The notes beneath the pieces are model-generated. The model made no database searches. It was not told the DNA's origin and saw nothing but the letters and a program-made list of their open reading frames with translations. 44,812 nucleotides of DNA from positions 1 to 44,812 of the IMG/VR virus record IMGVR_UViG_3300049982_000159. One strand, written 5' to 3'. Positions 18,401-27,317 of this stretch are shown piece by piece. Position numbers and translations under genes: made by a program. The stretch's first letter is position 1, and each line of letters begins with the position of its first letter. This DNA is from a virus. Lineage: Duplodnaviria; Caudoviricetes.

Positions 18401-19162
18401 GACGCGTCCCCGGCGGAGCGCGCAATCCTCGACGTTGCGAACAAGGCGTACCGGGCGACGATCAACGTGGGCGTGAACTACACGGAGTCGATCCGCCCGC
18501 GGGTTGGCGTCGGCGGTGGGTACGGCGGCCGGACCATGAACGCCAAGGGCAACCTTCTCTCGCCGCAGCCGGTGAGCTTCTACGCCGGTGGCGGGTTGCG
18601 TCCGCTGGCGAGCAACAGGGCGACGATGGTGGCCCCGAACACGTGGCGAGTCGTTGGCGACAACATGACGTCACCGGAGTTGTTCGCCCCTCTGAACGGT
18701 TCCCGGCGCACGAAAGATCTGATCGTCCAGGCGGCCCGGCACGAGAAGATCCTCGGGTTCGCTAACGGCGGCATGGTCCAGGCCGAGGACGGCACCTGGG
18801 TTCCCGCCTCGTTCTACGGTGGCGCCCCGAAGGGCCCACACGCGATGTACACCGAGTCCGGGTTCGCGAAGCTCCGCAGTGCTGCGCTCGCGAATGGCAT
18901 CTGGTCACTGTCCGATATGGACCAGAATCAGCTCCGTACGTACGGCGGCTGGAAAGACACGGCGCAGCAGACCGCGCTGCAGCGGGCGATCCAGTCCGGC
19001 AACGCCTCCCGCTCCTACGGCGGAGGCGGAAGCCGCGGCGGGAGCATGGTCTTCAACTTCCCGAACTACGTCGGCAACCGCAGCGAGCTCATCGCCGCGG
19101 TCCGCACAGCCGTCAGCAACGAAGGCGGCAACGTTCAACAAGTCCTGGGGAGGAGACGGTGA
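15413..19162 (+). CDS. tape measure protein (1249 aa)
   Basis: Longest gene, follows the chaperones; RTVSVKLR N-terminus; Ala/Gly-rich helical body; RVVGD...PE.F.PL near the C-terminus. Confidence 0.93.
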   Translation: MVERTVSVKLRMDIADYLANSLKASGANRDVEKSARDLRKALDEEEAAAGRLRVAQARLTEVQADGKTKASQLAAAEEEVSRAQRQHETSTDRVTQANKRYVESQREVASEAARAAKETERSSKQSEDSVGRMAKRTNDQFDALKFTGLSVGLPAAATVGAAGVTAALVGTAAGFAVLGVYAASSSEQVQNAFGDLSSRVMNDVTQMGGLVEGDVLAAIDGIGAAWGRLSPQVAAAVQGSAPAIRELSGAATDLAEGAMPGLVTSVAASEPVLKGVRTFAGQAGAGLGEFFANASQGSEGARQGFVVFGGTVQLLEARLGTLFANLANGSVGPLRTLHSMVDQVSASLIDLTAQGSGALGFLQGFGNAGNGAITVLRGLVAAASALPPQLTQMAGSWTAASLIASKFGVDAGKGFEGLGAKVKAAEGPSNKLKTAIGGLAEGALNPAFLATTALGIGLDILGEAQQKASQKAADHADNVRSLTQALREDEGAYGDHSNAVNVDALNSKNATKNLGVFGATMGTARLAIQGNSGAMRDLTDRSNAAIVSIGRQAGLNDTQVDGLKRLNAGLLQNGGAYEDVKTKVENLTGTYTSSGRSAGVMVSKLTDGQRQFLEATLNGTGAVGEQIKAQREATEAYRLSQAALSGLNVEEIAMWEATTGLSPAMYAAKAAATDLETAFAALNVVGGDVVAKGNAIIDAMLRLAGQTPTVEESLQKWNDDLRGIKDGFEKLDLKKHAKDLIDVSGAINTSSEAGSKLQNTVQQQTSDFAAYAQSLKDAGASSGEVTGKLKGMRDEFAGQLKQLGLNDTQIGKLLDHYGMIPGKVATQLSLEGDTETQTQLTNITRQLKAVPEEKGVHVQILSEAAKQSLTDLGYTIVKLPDGTFQVFADTTGAKKAANDEVARVNGLVGTAAVYANTAPAGQAVMNWLNTTTQTVGETTTSTNTDPATGKVTFWQTSTDRTGAKTTTYSNVDPATGAVQTWKLNSNGTWAKMTAYADASPAERAILDVANKAYRATINVGVNYTESIRPRVGVGGGYGGRTMNAKGNLLSPQPVSFYAGGGLRPLASNRATMVAPNTWRVVGDNMTSPELFAPLNGSRRTKDLIVQAARHEKILGFANGGMVQAEDGTWVPASFYGGAPKGPHAMYTESGFAKLRSAALANGIWSLSDMDQNQLRTYGGWKDTAQQTALQRAIQSGNASRSYGGGGSRGGSMVFNFPNYVGNRSELIAAVRTAVSNEGGNVQQVLGRRR

Positions 19163-22100
19163 CCTTCACCGACGACTACGTCGTTGAGCTGGCGATTGAC
19201 TCGTCCTGGGTGGACATCACTCAGGACGTGTTGGTCGACCAGCCCGTGACGGTCAACCGTGGTGCGCCCGACGAGTACGGGGATGTCCCGCCGTCGGAGT
19301 GCAATCTGACGATCAAGAACCAGAACGGGCAGTACTCGCCGCGCAACCCGATCGGTCCCTACTACGGGAAGCTGGGACGCAACACCCCGATCCGGGTGGC
19401 CCGCAGGGTTGCGCGGGACCAGTTCACCCGCACCGTCTCCAGCAACTGGGGCCCCGCCGACCTCGGCGGGACCTGGACCATCTTCGGTGGCGTCGGAGGC
19501 GACTACGGAGTCGGATCGGGCGTGGCGACTCACACGATCTCCACTACCCCGTCGTCGCGGCTCAGCTTCCTCGGTGGCCAGACGCATCGGGACATCTCCG
19601 TGGCCGCGACCGTCGACGGCCCGACCACGGTCACCGGCGCCACCATCGACTACTCCATCACTCTCGGTGGGACGTCCACATCGGACTTCCACATCGTTCG
19701 TGCTCGGATCAGTACGTCGCAGGTGGTGTCGATGCGGATCGACCACGCCGACGGCACCCAGATCTACGGCAACACCACCGTCACCGGATTCACCTGGACC
19801 GGCGCCCCCATGCGGATCCGCGCCGAAGTCGACGGCTGCACCATCCGAGCGAAGGCGTGGCTCGCCGGCACCCCGGAACCGTACGCGTGGGTGGTGGAAG
19901 CCAACGTCGTCCAGCTCGACTCTCGTCCTGTCGCGAAGGGCTGGGGCGGGCTCCGGACGACAGCCAACACCGGCAACACGAACGTCCCGTTCACCGCCAC
20001 CTGGGATGACCTCGAAGTGCGGTCGAACCGGTTCATCGGCGAAGTGTCGAACTGGCCGTCGGAGTGGGACCTCAACGGCGAAGACATCCGCACCCCGCTC
20101 GTCGCTTCCGGTATCGCCCGGCGGCTCAAGCAGGGGGAGGCGCCGCAGCGGTCGAGCTACTACCGCGGCAACACTGCAGGCATCGTTCCCCGACACCTCG
20201 GGTACTGGCCGGTGGAGGACGAGTCCTCGGCGACGTCCATCGCCTCGGCGATCGGTGGCCGGCCGATGCAGATCACCGGCACCGGGAGTCCGCGGTTCGC
20301 GGCGAACTCGGACTTCGTGGGATCTCAGGCGATCGGGCAACCGAACGGGTCGGTGTGGTCGGCGAGGATCCCAGTAGCCCCTGCGACGGGGCAGCTGCAG
20401 GGTGTGTTTCTGCTGTCGGTCCCGGACACGGGGGAGAACGACGGGGCGGCGTTCCTGCAAATGCAGTGCACCGGCACCGCGGGGTATGTGGACTGCTTCT
20501 ACCGGACCGGTTCCGGCGGGGGCCTGATCGTCCGGTTCTACAACCAGAACCGGATCATCGTCCACACCAGCGCCACGAAGCTTCTACTGGTGGACGGTCG
20601 TCCGTTGCAGGTGTCGGTGGAGTTGGTGCAGAACGGCGCGGACATCGACTACACCGTCGCGGTTCTCGCCCCGGGCGACACGCTCGGGCTGGCGGGAATC
20701 GGGACAGCGACAGGGCTGACGTTCGGCTCGTGCTACGCGGTCTACTCCCCGCCGTATCGGAGCCAGGTGGTGAACTCTGCGATCGGGCACGTCGTTGTCC
20801 GGAACTCGATCACGTCGATCTACACGCTCGCGCAGCAGCTGAACGCGTGGCAGGGCGAAACCGCGTGGGCCCGAACCAAGAGGCTGTGTCAGGAGAACAG
20901 CGTCCCGGTCGCGTTCATCTCCGACACGATGGGCTCGTCGGCCGCGATGGGCGTGCAGAAACCGGACCAGCTGACGAACCTGATCCAGGACTGCGCCGAC
21001 GCCGACATGGGCATCCTGGCGGACTCCCGGTCGGCGCTGAACCTGACCTACCGTTTCCGGAACGCTCTCTACAATCAGCCCCCGGCGCTGTCGCTGACGT
21101 ACCAGCAGTTGCTGTTGCCGTTCTCCCCCACGGAGGACGATCAGTATCTCCGCAACGACGTCACCGTCCAGCGCGTCGACGGGTCCAGCTCGCAGGCCAC
21201 GAAGGCCACGGGGCCGTTGGCGGTCACCGACCCCACCAGTTCCAGCGGCGCCGGCCGGTACGACACGACGGTCGACTTGAACCTCGCATCGGACGACCAA
21301 ACGTCGGATGCCGCGGGGTGGCTGCTGAACCTGGGAACGGTCAACGAACCCCGATACCCCACGGTGAAGGTCAACGTCGCGCCGTTGGCGGCGACACCAC
21401 AGATCGCGCTCGACGCGCTGTCCGTGGACATCGGGCACCGCATCGCCATCACCGCCGTCCCCGCAGGGTTGGGGTACGACGACATCTCGCAGATCGCCCG
21501 CGGCTACACGGAAACGTTCGACGGCATCGAGCACAACATCGAGTTCACCTGTTCCCCGGAGTCGCCGTATCAGGTGATGGAGCTGGATGGCACGGACGCG
21601 TCCCGTGTGGACATCGACGACAGTGTCCTCCTGGCTGCGGTGACGTCGACGGGGACGTCGATGACGGTGGGTTCCCCGACGAACCAGACGTGGTCCACCA
21701 CGCCGGGGGACTGGCCGATCCCGCTGAAGCTGGGTGGGGAGAAGGTGTCCGCTACGGCGGTGACGAACGCGGTGCTGGCGAACTCGACGTTCGAGTCGGG
21801 CCTGTCGCCGTGGACGTCAGGTGGGACGTCGTCGTTCACGCAGTCCGGTACGCAGAAGCACTCGGGGAGTTTCGCTGCCCGGGTTGTCCCGGATGGTGTG
21901 TCTGCGCAGGGCGGCCCGGTGTCGGAGCAGATCCCCATCGCCGGTGGGATGCAGGTGTCTGTCGGGGTGTGGGTGTGGTTCACGTCCACGGTGACGGGAA
22001 CCTTTTCCTGCTCGGTGAACTTCTACGACTCCGCAGGGGGTTACCTGACGACGTCGAGTGCGTTCGTGTCGGTCGCGGCTGTCACGTGGACGCAGGTGTC

Positions 22101-22314
22101 GAACGTCTTCATCGCGCCGGCGAATGCGGCTTTCGCGGCGATGGTTCCTGTCCTGATTGGAACTCCGGCGGGTTCGCAGATCTGGTACGTCGACGACGTC
22201 ACGTTCGCTGGTCCGCAGAAGCTGACCGTCACCCGCTCCGTGAACAGCGTGGTCAAAGCCCAGCCGGTCGGTACTCCGATCGGGTTGGCTCGGCCTGCGC
22301 TTGCGGCGCTGTAA
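19159..22314 (+). CDS. large minor tail / tail-tip protein with LamG-like and carbohydrate-binding-like domains (1051 aa)
   Basis: VEL.ID..W.DIT, P....LT..N..G.YSP.NP..PYYG.L.RNTPIRV, GYWP.ED, RNDVTV.R..G, LANSTFESG..PW. Confidence 0.85.
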   Translation: MTFTDDYVVELAIDSSWVDITQDVLVDQPVTVNRGAPDEYGDVPPSECNLTIKNQNGQYSPRNPIGPYYGKLGRNTPIRVARRVARDQFTRTVSSNWGPADLGGTWTIFGGVGGDYGVGSGVATHTISTTPSSRLSFLGGQTHRDISVAATVDGPTTVTGATIDYSITLGGTSTSDFHIVRARISTSQVVSMRIDHADGTQIYGNTTVTGFTWTGAPMRIRAEVDGCTIRAKAWLAGTPEPYAWVVEANVVQLDSRPVAKGWGGLRTTANTGNTNVPFTATWDDLEVRSNRFIGEVSNWPSEWDLNGEDIRTPLVASGIARRLKQGEAPQRSSYYRGNTAGIVPRHLGYWPVEDESSATSIASAIGGRPMQITGTGSPRFAANSDFVGSQAIGQPNGSVWSARIPVAPATGQLQGVFLLSVPDTGENDGAAFLQMQCTGTAGYVDCFYRTGSGGGLIVRFYNQNRIIVHTSATKLLLVDGRPLQVSVELVQNGADIDYTVAVLAPGDTLGLAGIGTATGLTFGSCYAVYSPPYRSQVVNSAIGHVVVRNSITSIYTLAQQLNAWQGETAWARTKRLCQENSVPVAFISDTMGSSAAMGVQKPDQLTNLIQDCADADMGILADSRSALNLTYRFRNALYNQPPALSLTYQQLLLPFSPTEDDQYLRNDVTVQRVDGSSSQATKATGPLAVTDPTSSSGAGRYDTTVDLNLASDDQTSDAAGWLLNLGTVNEPRYPTVKVNVAPLAATPQIALDALSVDIGHRIAITAVPAGLGYDDISQIARGYTETFDGIEHNIEFTCSPESPYQVMELDGTDASRVDIDDSVLLAAVTSTGTSMTVGSPTNQTWSTTPGDWPIPLKLGGEKVSATAVTNAVLANSTFESGLSPWTSGGTSSFTQSGTQKHSGSFAARVVPDGVSAQGGPVSEQIPIAGGMQVSVGVWVWFTSTVTGTFSCSVNFYDSAGGYLTTSSAFVSVAAVTWTQVSNVFIAPANAAFAAMVPVLIGTPAGSQIWYVDDVTFAGPQKLTVTRSVNSVVKAQPVGTPIGLARPALAAL

Positions 22315-22323
22315 GGAGCAGGC

Positions 22324-22785
22324 ATGTTTCAGGGCGGGCAGCTCGTCACCGCGGACCAGTTGAACAACGGGATCGTCAAGGGCGTCTCGATGGTCGCCGA
22401 CGGGATCACGGCGACACAGTCGTTCACGTCGGGTTCGACGACGACGGTGCAGTGGCCGGTGACGCAGGCCACGAACTCGTCCGTGATCACGATTTCGGGG
22501 ACGAACAACACGACGTTCACAATCGTGGTCGCAGGGTTCTACCTGATCGACACCGCGTTGCGGCTGGCATCCGGGACGACGGGCCTGGAGCTGAGCATCA
22601 AGGTCAACGGGGTCCGGCAGTCCGCGGGAATCGGCACGATCCTCGCGTCGTGTGCTCGCGGGATCCGGCTCCTGGTGGGAGACGTCATCACGATCACCGC
22701 GATCCACACCACGGGTTCGACGAAGGCGGTCGAGGGCGGCGCGGAACTGACGTCGCACGTGTCCATCGCGAGACTCAGCGAGTAG
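22324..22785 (+). CDS. minor tail protein (C1q/TNF-like beta-sandwich)
   Basis: F..G..VTA.QLN N-terminus; FTI.VAG.Y.I...L...GD.I. Confidence 0.7.
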   Translation: MFQGGQLVTADQLNNGIVKGVSMVADGITATQSFTSGSTTTVQWPVTQATNSSVITISGTNNTTFTIVVAGFYLIDTALRLASGTTGLELSIKVNGVRQSAGIGTILASCARGIRLLVGDVITITAIHTTGSTKAVEGGAELTSHVSIARLSE

Positions 22786-22794
22786 GGGGAGACG

Positions 22795-23202
22795 ATGACC
22801 ACCAGCACTCGGAATCCGTTCGAAGCGCTGATCGTCGGAGCGTTCGGTGCGTACGCCTGCGCCGGCCTGTTCTTCTTCAATCAGCTCGCCACCACAACGA
22901 TCCGCGCGTTCCCCATCCCGTTCGGCCACGTGTTCCTCGCCGCCGCCACGGTGAGCTGCGCGGTGGTGATGGTCGGGTTCACCCGCGCGGGCACCGCGAC
23001 TGGTCTGCTGATCGAACGCGCGGGGCTGATCGGCCTGGCCGGCGTGACGGTCACCTACGCGGCGTGGGGGATCGGCGCGTCGGGTCTTCGCGGGTCGGCG
23101 TTCGCGGTGCAGATGGCTGCTGTGGCGGTGGCGGCGTTCATGCGGGCGCGACAGATCAACTCGGCGAAGAGGACGGCCCGCAGATCCAGGGAGGTTCACT
23201 GA
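22795..23202 (+). CDS. membrane protein (about 4 TM), lysis cassette
   Basis: Several hydrophobic stretches with a basic C-terminus; upstream of the endolysin. Confidence 0.7.
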   Translation: MTTSTRNPFEALIVGAFGAYACAGLFFFNQLATTTIRAFPIPFGHVFLAAATVSCAVVMVGFTRAGTATGLLIERAGLIGLAGVTVTYAAWGIGASGLRGSAFAVQMAAVAVAAFMRARQINSAKRTARRSREVH

Positions 23203-23537
23203 TGCCGGCGTGGTTGCAGTGGGGAGGCGGAGCCACGGCGTTGGCCACGATCATCGGGATGTTCATCGCTCTGGCGAAGGTCCGCCCGGAGGTGAAGAAG
23301 CTGAAGACCGACGGCGCCACCGCGCTGGTTGCCGCAGCTACGACCTACTCGACGGAACTGTCCGATCAGGTCACCGAGCTGCAGAACGAGACTCGGAAGC
23401 TGTGGCAGGCGCAGCGGGCGCAAGAGCAGCGGATCACCGCGCACGTCCGCTGGGACTCGAAGGTCGTGGAGACGTTGCGCGAACTCGGCGGAGAGATCGC
23501 CGATCCGCCGCCCCTGTACCTGTCCGAAACCCCGTAG
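23202..23537 (+). CDS. membrane protein (1 TM plus coiled coil), lysis cassette (111 aa)
   Basis: GGAGG SD, TGATG overlap; N-terminal TM, coiled coil, G.I.DPPPL end. Confidence 0.75.
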   Translation: MPAWLQWGGGATALATIIGMFIALAKVRPEVKKLKTDGATALVAAATTYSTELSDQVTELQNETRKLWQAQRAQEQRITAHVRWDSKVVETLRELGGEIADPPPLYLSETP

Positions 23538-23553
23538 AGCTGGAGGCTGCCTG

Positions 23554-24411
23554 ATGCCGTACCTCGCCAACCTCGCCGCGATCGCGCGCGGCGCCGGACT
23601 CCGGGTCGTCGAACAGCCTGGCTGGCAGTCCCGCGGGCACGGCCCGCAGACCGGCGTGAAGACGATCGTCTGCCACCACACCGGGACGACCAACGCCACG
23701 GCGAACGCGCCGAGCCTCGGCATCGTCCAGAACGGTCGCGCCTACCTCGCAGGCCCGCTCTCGCACTTCGTCCTCGGCCGCGACGGGACTGTGTTCGTTG
23801 TCGCCGCCGGGCAGTGCTGGCACACCGGCGCCACCTGGCAGACCGCGCAGAGCAATGCCTACGCGATCGGCATCGAGGCTGAGGGCACGGGGTACGCCGC
23901 GTGGCCGGAGGTCCAGCTCGACGCGTACGCCCGGCTGTGCCGCGCGCTGTGCACCGCGTTCGGGCTCGGCGTCGATCGCGTCCAGGGCCACAAGGAGATC
24001 TGCTCGCCCGCCGGGCGGAAGCCGGACCCGAACTTCGACATGGGCGCGTTCCGCTCCCGTGTCGCCAACCTCAGCACGAACTCCGGAGAGGACGACGAGA
24101 TGGCTGGCCACTTCATCGACCACGAGTACCCGCCCGCGAGTGGGAAGCAGTTCCACCACCGCGCGATCCAGACGTCCGTCGACAGCGCCGTCGTGATCGG
24201 CGGCACCTGGTTCGAACTGTCGGCGGGGTACGCGGACCTCGTCGACGTGAACGTCTACTTCAACAAGTTCCAGGCGCCGATCCACCTCGACCGGATCGCC
24301 AAGGACCAGCCGTACCAGTGGCGCGTTCCCGAGGGCTGCGACTCGATCAGCTTCGACTACGAGTGTGCGGGGCCGTCGTCCTCGCTCATGATCTACGGGA
24401 CCAAGCAGTGA
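23554..24411 (+). CDS. endolysin, N-acetylmuramoyl-L-alanine amidase (Amidase_2; 285 aa)
   Basis: GL.V.E..GW..RG, CHHT, L.GPL.H, WH.G, IGIEAE, GHKE....RK.DP Zn-amidase motifs. Confidence 0.92.
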   Translation: MPYLANLAAIARGAGLRVVEQPGWQSRGHGPQTGVKTIVCHHTGTTNATANAPSLGIVQNGRAYLAGPLSHFVLGRDGTVFVVAAGQCWHTGATWQTAQSNAYAIGIEAEGTGYAAWPEVQLDAYARLCRALCTAFGLGVDRVQGHKEICSPAGRKPDPNFDMGAFRSRVANLSTNSGEDDEMAGHFIDHEYPPASGKQFHHRAIQTSVDSAVVIGGTWFELSAGYADLVDVNVYFNKFQAPIHLDRIAKDQPYQWRVPEGCDSISFDYECAGPSSSLMIYGTKQ

Positions 24412-24623
24412 CCGGCCAGCACGGCGACCAGCTCGGCGGTGCCGCGCCCTGGTATGCCCGCTACGCGAAGGCCGCGGCCGCGTTCCTCGGCACCCTCACG
24501 CCGCAGGCGGTGTTCGCGCTGATGGAGCAGAACGGCGTCCACGTGAACGGCTGGGTCAACCTGGCCGTCACGGTGGCGCTCGGCACCGCCGCTGCGACGC
24601 TCGCGCCGAAGAACGAGGAGTAG
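24408..24623 (+). CDS. holin (71 aa)
   Basis: RYAKA.AA...two hydrophobic segments...PKN; follows the endolysin with GTGA overlap. Confidence 0.7.
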   Translation: MTGQHGDQLGGAAPWYARYAKAAAAFLGTLTPQAVFALMEQNGVHVNGWVNLAVTVALGTAAATLAPKNEE

Positions 24624-24626
24624 ACA

Positions 24627-24992
24627 ATGGCGTACACGAACGCCGCGAAGGACGCCGCGGTCAACGCGATCCGCGCGCTGCTCACCTCGAACATCGGCTA
24701 CATCTCGATGCACACCGCCGACCCGGGCACGACCGGCGCCAGCGAAGCGACCGGCACCGCGTACGCCCGCGGCTCGTCGACGTTCCCGGCGGCGTCGGGT
24801 GGCACCGGCTCTACCGGCGGGCAGGCCTCGGTCACCGCGCGGACCGGGTCGACGACCGCGGCCACGCACGTCGGCATCTGGACCGCCGTCTCCGCGGGCA
24901 CGTTCATCTGCGGCATCGCCCTGTCGGTGACGGAGAACTTCTCCACCGCCGGCGGGACGCTGCTCTACACCCCGACCCTGTCGGCGACCTGA
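24627..24992 (+). CDS. minor tail / fibre protein (121 aa)
   Basis: Y.S.HTADPGTTG..E.TG..YAR...TH.GIW.A...GTF pattern. Confidence 0.75.
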   Translation: MAYTNAAKDAAVNAIRALLTSNIGYISMHTADPGTTGASEATGTAYARGSSTFPAASGGTGSTGGQASVTARTGSTTAATHVGIWTAVSAGTFICGIALSVTENFSTAGGTLLYTPTLSAT

Positions 24993-24993
24993 C

Positions 24994-26304
24994 GTGGCGG
25001 CGCGGTCGGACGCGGCGACCGACCGCGTCACCCTGTCCAGTGCGCCGTCGATGGCGACGATCACGATCGCTGGCTGGGTCCGGATCGAGGCGGCGTCGGC
25101 GTCCAGCTTCAACCCGATCGCGCGGTTCCACACACTGTCCGGCGACGCCACGTCGTGGATCGTCGGGTTCAAGGGCGCGAACGGCCGGACGCCGGCGGTG
25201 TACTCGCCGGGCAACACGACGGGGATCTCCGCGGCGGAGCAGACGCTCAGCACCTACGTGTACGTGGCGGCGACGCTGTCGGGCACGGCGGCGCAGCTGC
25301 TGTACGGCAACACCCCGGGCTCGCTGACGAAGGTCACCGGCACGGTCGCGGCCAGCGGCACTCCGGACCGGATCACGCTGTTCGGGCGGTCGGCGGCGGA
25401 CGGGTCGGAGTGGCTGAACGGCATCCTCGCCTACATGCGGATCTGGACCGCGGTGCTGTCGGACTCCGAGATCGCCGCCGAGTCGCTGTCCGCCGACCCG
25501 GTCCGCACATCCGGGCTGTGGGTCGACTGGGACTTCGCCGCGGCCGCGCTCACCGACGGGTCCGGCAACGGCCGCAACCTCACCGCCGGGTCCACGGCCC
25601 TGGCCTCCGCGACCGACCCGACGCTCGGCTCTCCGACCGAGGCCGGCACGGCCACTATCACGCTCGGCGCGACCGGCACGCAGTCCCGTGTCGCGACCGA
25701 CGCGGGGACGTCCGCGCTCACGCTCGGCGCCGCCGGAACCCATCAGCACGCCGCGACCGCGGCCGGCACGGCGCCCATGACGCTCGACGCCACCGGCACG
25801 GCCGCGACCCAGCGGTCCGCGGCCGGCGCCGCGCCGCTGATCCTCGGGGCCACGGGCGCCAGCACGCGCCTGGCCGCGGACACGGGGGCCGCGGCGCTCA
25901 CGCTCGGCCTGAGCGGCGCCCAGAACCACGTCGCGGCCGCGGCCGGCCTGGCTGCGCTCACGCTCGGCAGCGACGGCGCCGCCATCCACGTGGCCACCGC
26001 CGCGGGCACCGCCACCATCACGCTGCTCGCCACCGGCGTGGTCGGCTCCGGCTCCCCGGTCGAGGCCGGCACGGCGCTGCTCACACTCGGCGCGTCGGGC
26101 GTGCACGGCACGCTGCGCACGGCGAGCGGCACCGCCGCGCTGACGCTGCTCGCGACCGGCGTCATGCCCGACGACGTCGTCACGCCGGCCGGGCGCCCGC
26201 GCCTCACCCTCCGGCCGAACCGGGCCACCGCCGAGCTCGCCGGCAGCACCACGACCGCGGCGCTCACGCCGAACACCGCCAGCCTCGAGGGAGCAGCGCC
26301 GTGA
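24994..26304 (+). CDS. LamG-domain fibre protein with 20-aa beta repeats
   Basis: TIAGWV, G.LA..RIW..VLSD.EI, D.SGNGR.LT; about nine AGT..LTLGA.G repeats. Confidence 0.8.
   Translation: MAARSDAATDRVTLSSAPSMATITIAGWVRIEAASASSFNPIARFHTLSGDATSWIVGFKGANGRTPAVYSPGNTTGISAAEQTLSTYVYVAATLSGTAAQLLYGNTPGSLTKVTGTVAASGTPDRITLFGRSAADGSEWLNGILAYMRIWTAVLSDSEIAAESLSADPVRTSGLWVDWDFAAAALTDGSGNGRNLTAGSTALASATDPTLGSPTEAGTATITLGATGTQSRVATDAGTSALTLGAAGTHQHAATAAGTAPMTLDATGTAATQRSAAGAAPLILGATGASTRLAADTGAAALTLGLSGAQNHVAAAAGLAALTLGSDGAAIHVATAAGTATITLLATGVVGSGSPVEAGTALLTLGASGVHGTLRTASGTAALTLLATGVMPDDVVTPAGRPRLTLRPNRATAELAGSTTTAALTPNTASLEGAAP
25642..26163 (+). repeat. about nine degenerate 60-nt (20-aa) coding repeats
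   Basis: Units such as AGTSALTLGAAGTHQHAATA and AGTAPMTLDATGTAATQRSA. Confidence 0.8.
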
Positions 26305-26648
26305 CGACGATGCAGATGAAGGTCCACGACCTCGAGCCGGCTCTGGTGCTGGTCGTGGAGGACCTCGACCGGAAGGCGAACCTGAACGGTGTCGCGTCGT
26401 GGCGGATCATCGGGAAACTCCGCGGCCTCGTCGTCGTCGACGGCGTGCTGGCGCCGGGCGCAGTGGTTGTCGACCCGGTCGACACGTGGAAGGCGACCCT
26501 TACCCGGGCGTGGGTGGCCGGCGAGACCGACACCGCGGGGGACATGCGGGTCGAGGCGGAGGCGATGTGGCCAGGCACGCCGCCGCGGCCGCAGACGTTC
26601 CCGTCGGCGTCGTCGGAGACCGTGCGGTTCAACCCCGACCTCGGGTAG
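26301..26648 (+). CDS. BppU-like baseplate/fibre adaptor (115 aa)
   Basis: MK..D..P.L, .NL, W..G.T.TAG...E....W.....QTFP. Confidence 0.7.
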   Translation: MTTMQMKVHDLEPALVLVVEDLDRKANLNGVASWRIIGKLRGLVVVDGVLAPGAVVVDPVDTWKATLTRAWVAGETDTAGDMRVEAEAMWPGTPPRPQTFPSASSETVRFNPDLG

Positions 26649-26709
26649 CGGAGGACCTGAACGGGCGGCAGCCGGATTCAGGTGTCGCGTCCTTCCCCTG
26701 AACGAAACG

Positions 26710-26747
26710 GCGGCCCCTCGTACCTTCGGGTACGAGGGGCCGCTTTC
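26710..26747. terminator. bidirectional intrinsic terminator ending the late operon
   Basis: Perfect 15-bp stem GCGGCCCCTCGTACC-TTCG-GGTACGAGGGGCCGC between convergent genes. Confidence 0.85.
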
Positions 26748-26759
26748 GTCGTGCGTGGA

Positions 26760-27113
26760 CTACGTCGAGCATGTGAGCACACCGGAGCCGCTGGCCTGTC
26801 GGGAATCGACGACTTGACCGTCGGGGGAGGTGATCTGGCACGCGGCGTCGGCGCCCACGATCGTGGCCGTGACCGCGACCTTGCTGGCGTGCACGGTCTG
26901 CGTGGCGGTACCCGAGCTCGTGTCGAACGTGCCGCTGCCCTCGGGTGTGATCCAAACGGCGTTGCTGACGCCGGTGAGGGTGACCTTGTAGTCGACGGGC
27001 GCGGGCCCGCTGGCGAGCTTGACGAAGAGCACGATCGCGCCGGCGACGATGAGCACTGCGACGCCGGCGATGACGTAGCGGAGCCTGGCGGAGGTCTGCA
27101 TGGTGTCGGTCAT
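26760..27113 (-). CDS. MmpS-like membrane-anchored protein
   Basis: N-terminal TM; C-terminal C.IT..DG.VV....A.G....TC beta-domain; GGAGAGAGG SD. Confidence 0.7.
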   Translation of the reverse strand: MTDTMQTSARLRYVIAGVAVLIVAGAIVLFVKLASGPAPVDYKVTLTGVSNAVWITPEGSGTFDTSSGTATQTVHASKVAVTATIVGADAACQITSPDGQVVDSRQASGSGVLTCST

Positions 27114-27200
27114 CGCGGGTGCCTCTCTCCCTGTGTCCGCTGCTATGTCGTGTGGATCAGTGGATCCGTTGCCTGCGTGATGCGACTGTGACCTACGGGG

Positions 27201-27317
27201 TCAGCCCCAGTAGTCCTGCAGTGCGTAGAGGTACACGACGGCGGCAGCGGCGAGCAGGGTCAGCAGCCAGCCGCCGACTTTCCGCGCGGTTCGCCAGCGG
27301 TCATGCCGGTCAGGCAT
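27201..27317 (-). CDS. small membrane peptide (38 aa)
   Basis: GAGGAG SD; MPDRHDRWRTARKVGGWLLTLLAAAAVVYLYALQDYWG; overlaps the end of the RHH gene. Confidence 0.55.
   Translation of the reverse strand: MPDRHDRWRTARKVGGWLLTLLAAAAVVYLYALQDYWG

Noticed and set aside
20064-23201. 1157-aa alternative-frame ORF overlapping the tail genes
   Set aside because: Arg/Gly/Pro-rich off-frame artefact of high GC; only its last 111 codons (from ATG 23202, with SD) look like a real gene
19159-26304. Diversity-generating retroelement or invertible tail cassette
   Set aside because: No reverse transcriptase, invertase or template/variable repeat pair is visible
27145-27180. ECF-sigma-like promoter (GCAAC-N17-CGAC, minus strand) for the MmpS-like gene
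   Set aside because: The motif is too short and degenerate to support without TSS data
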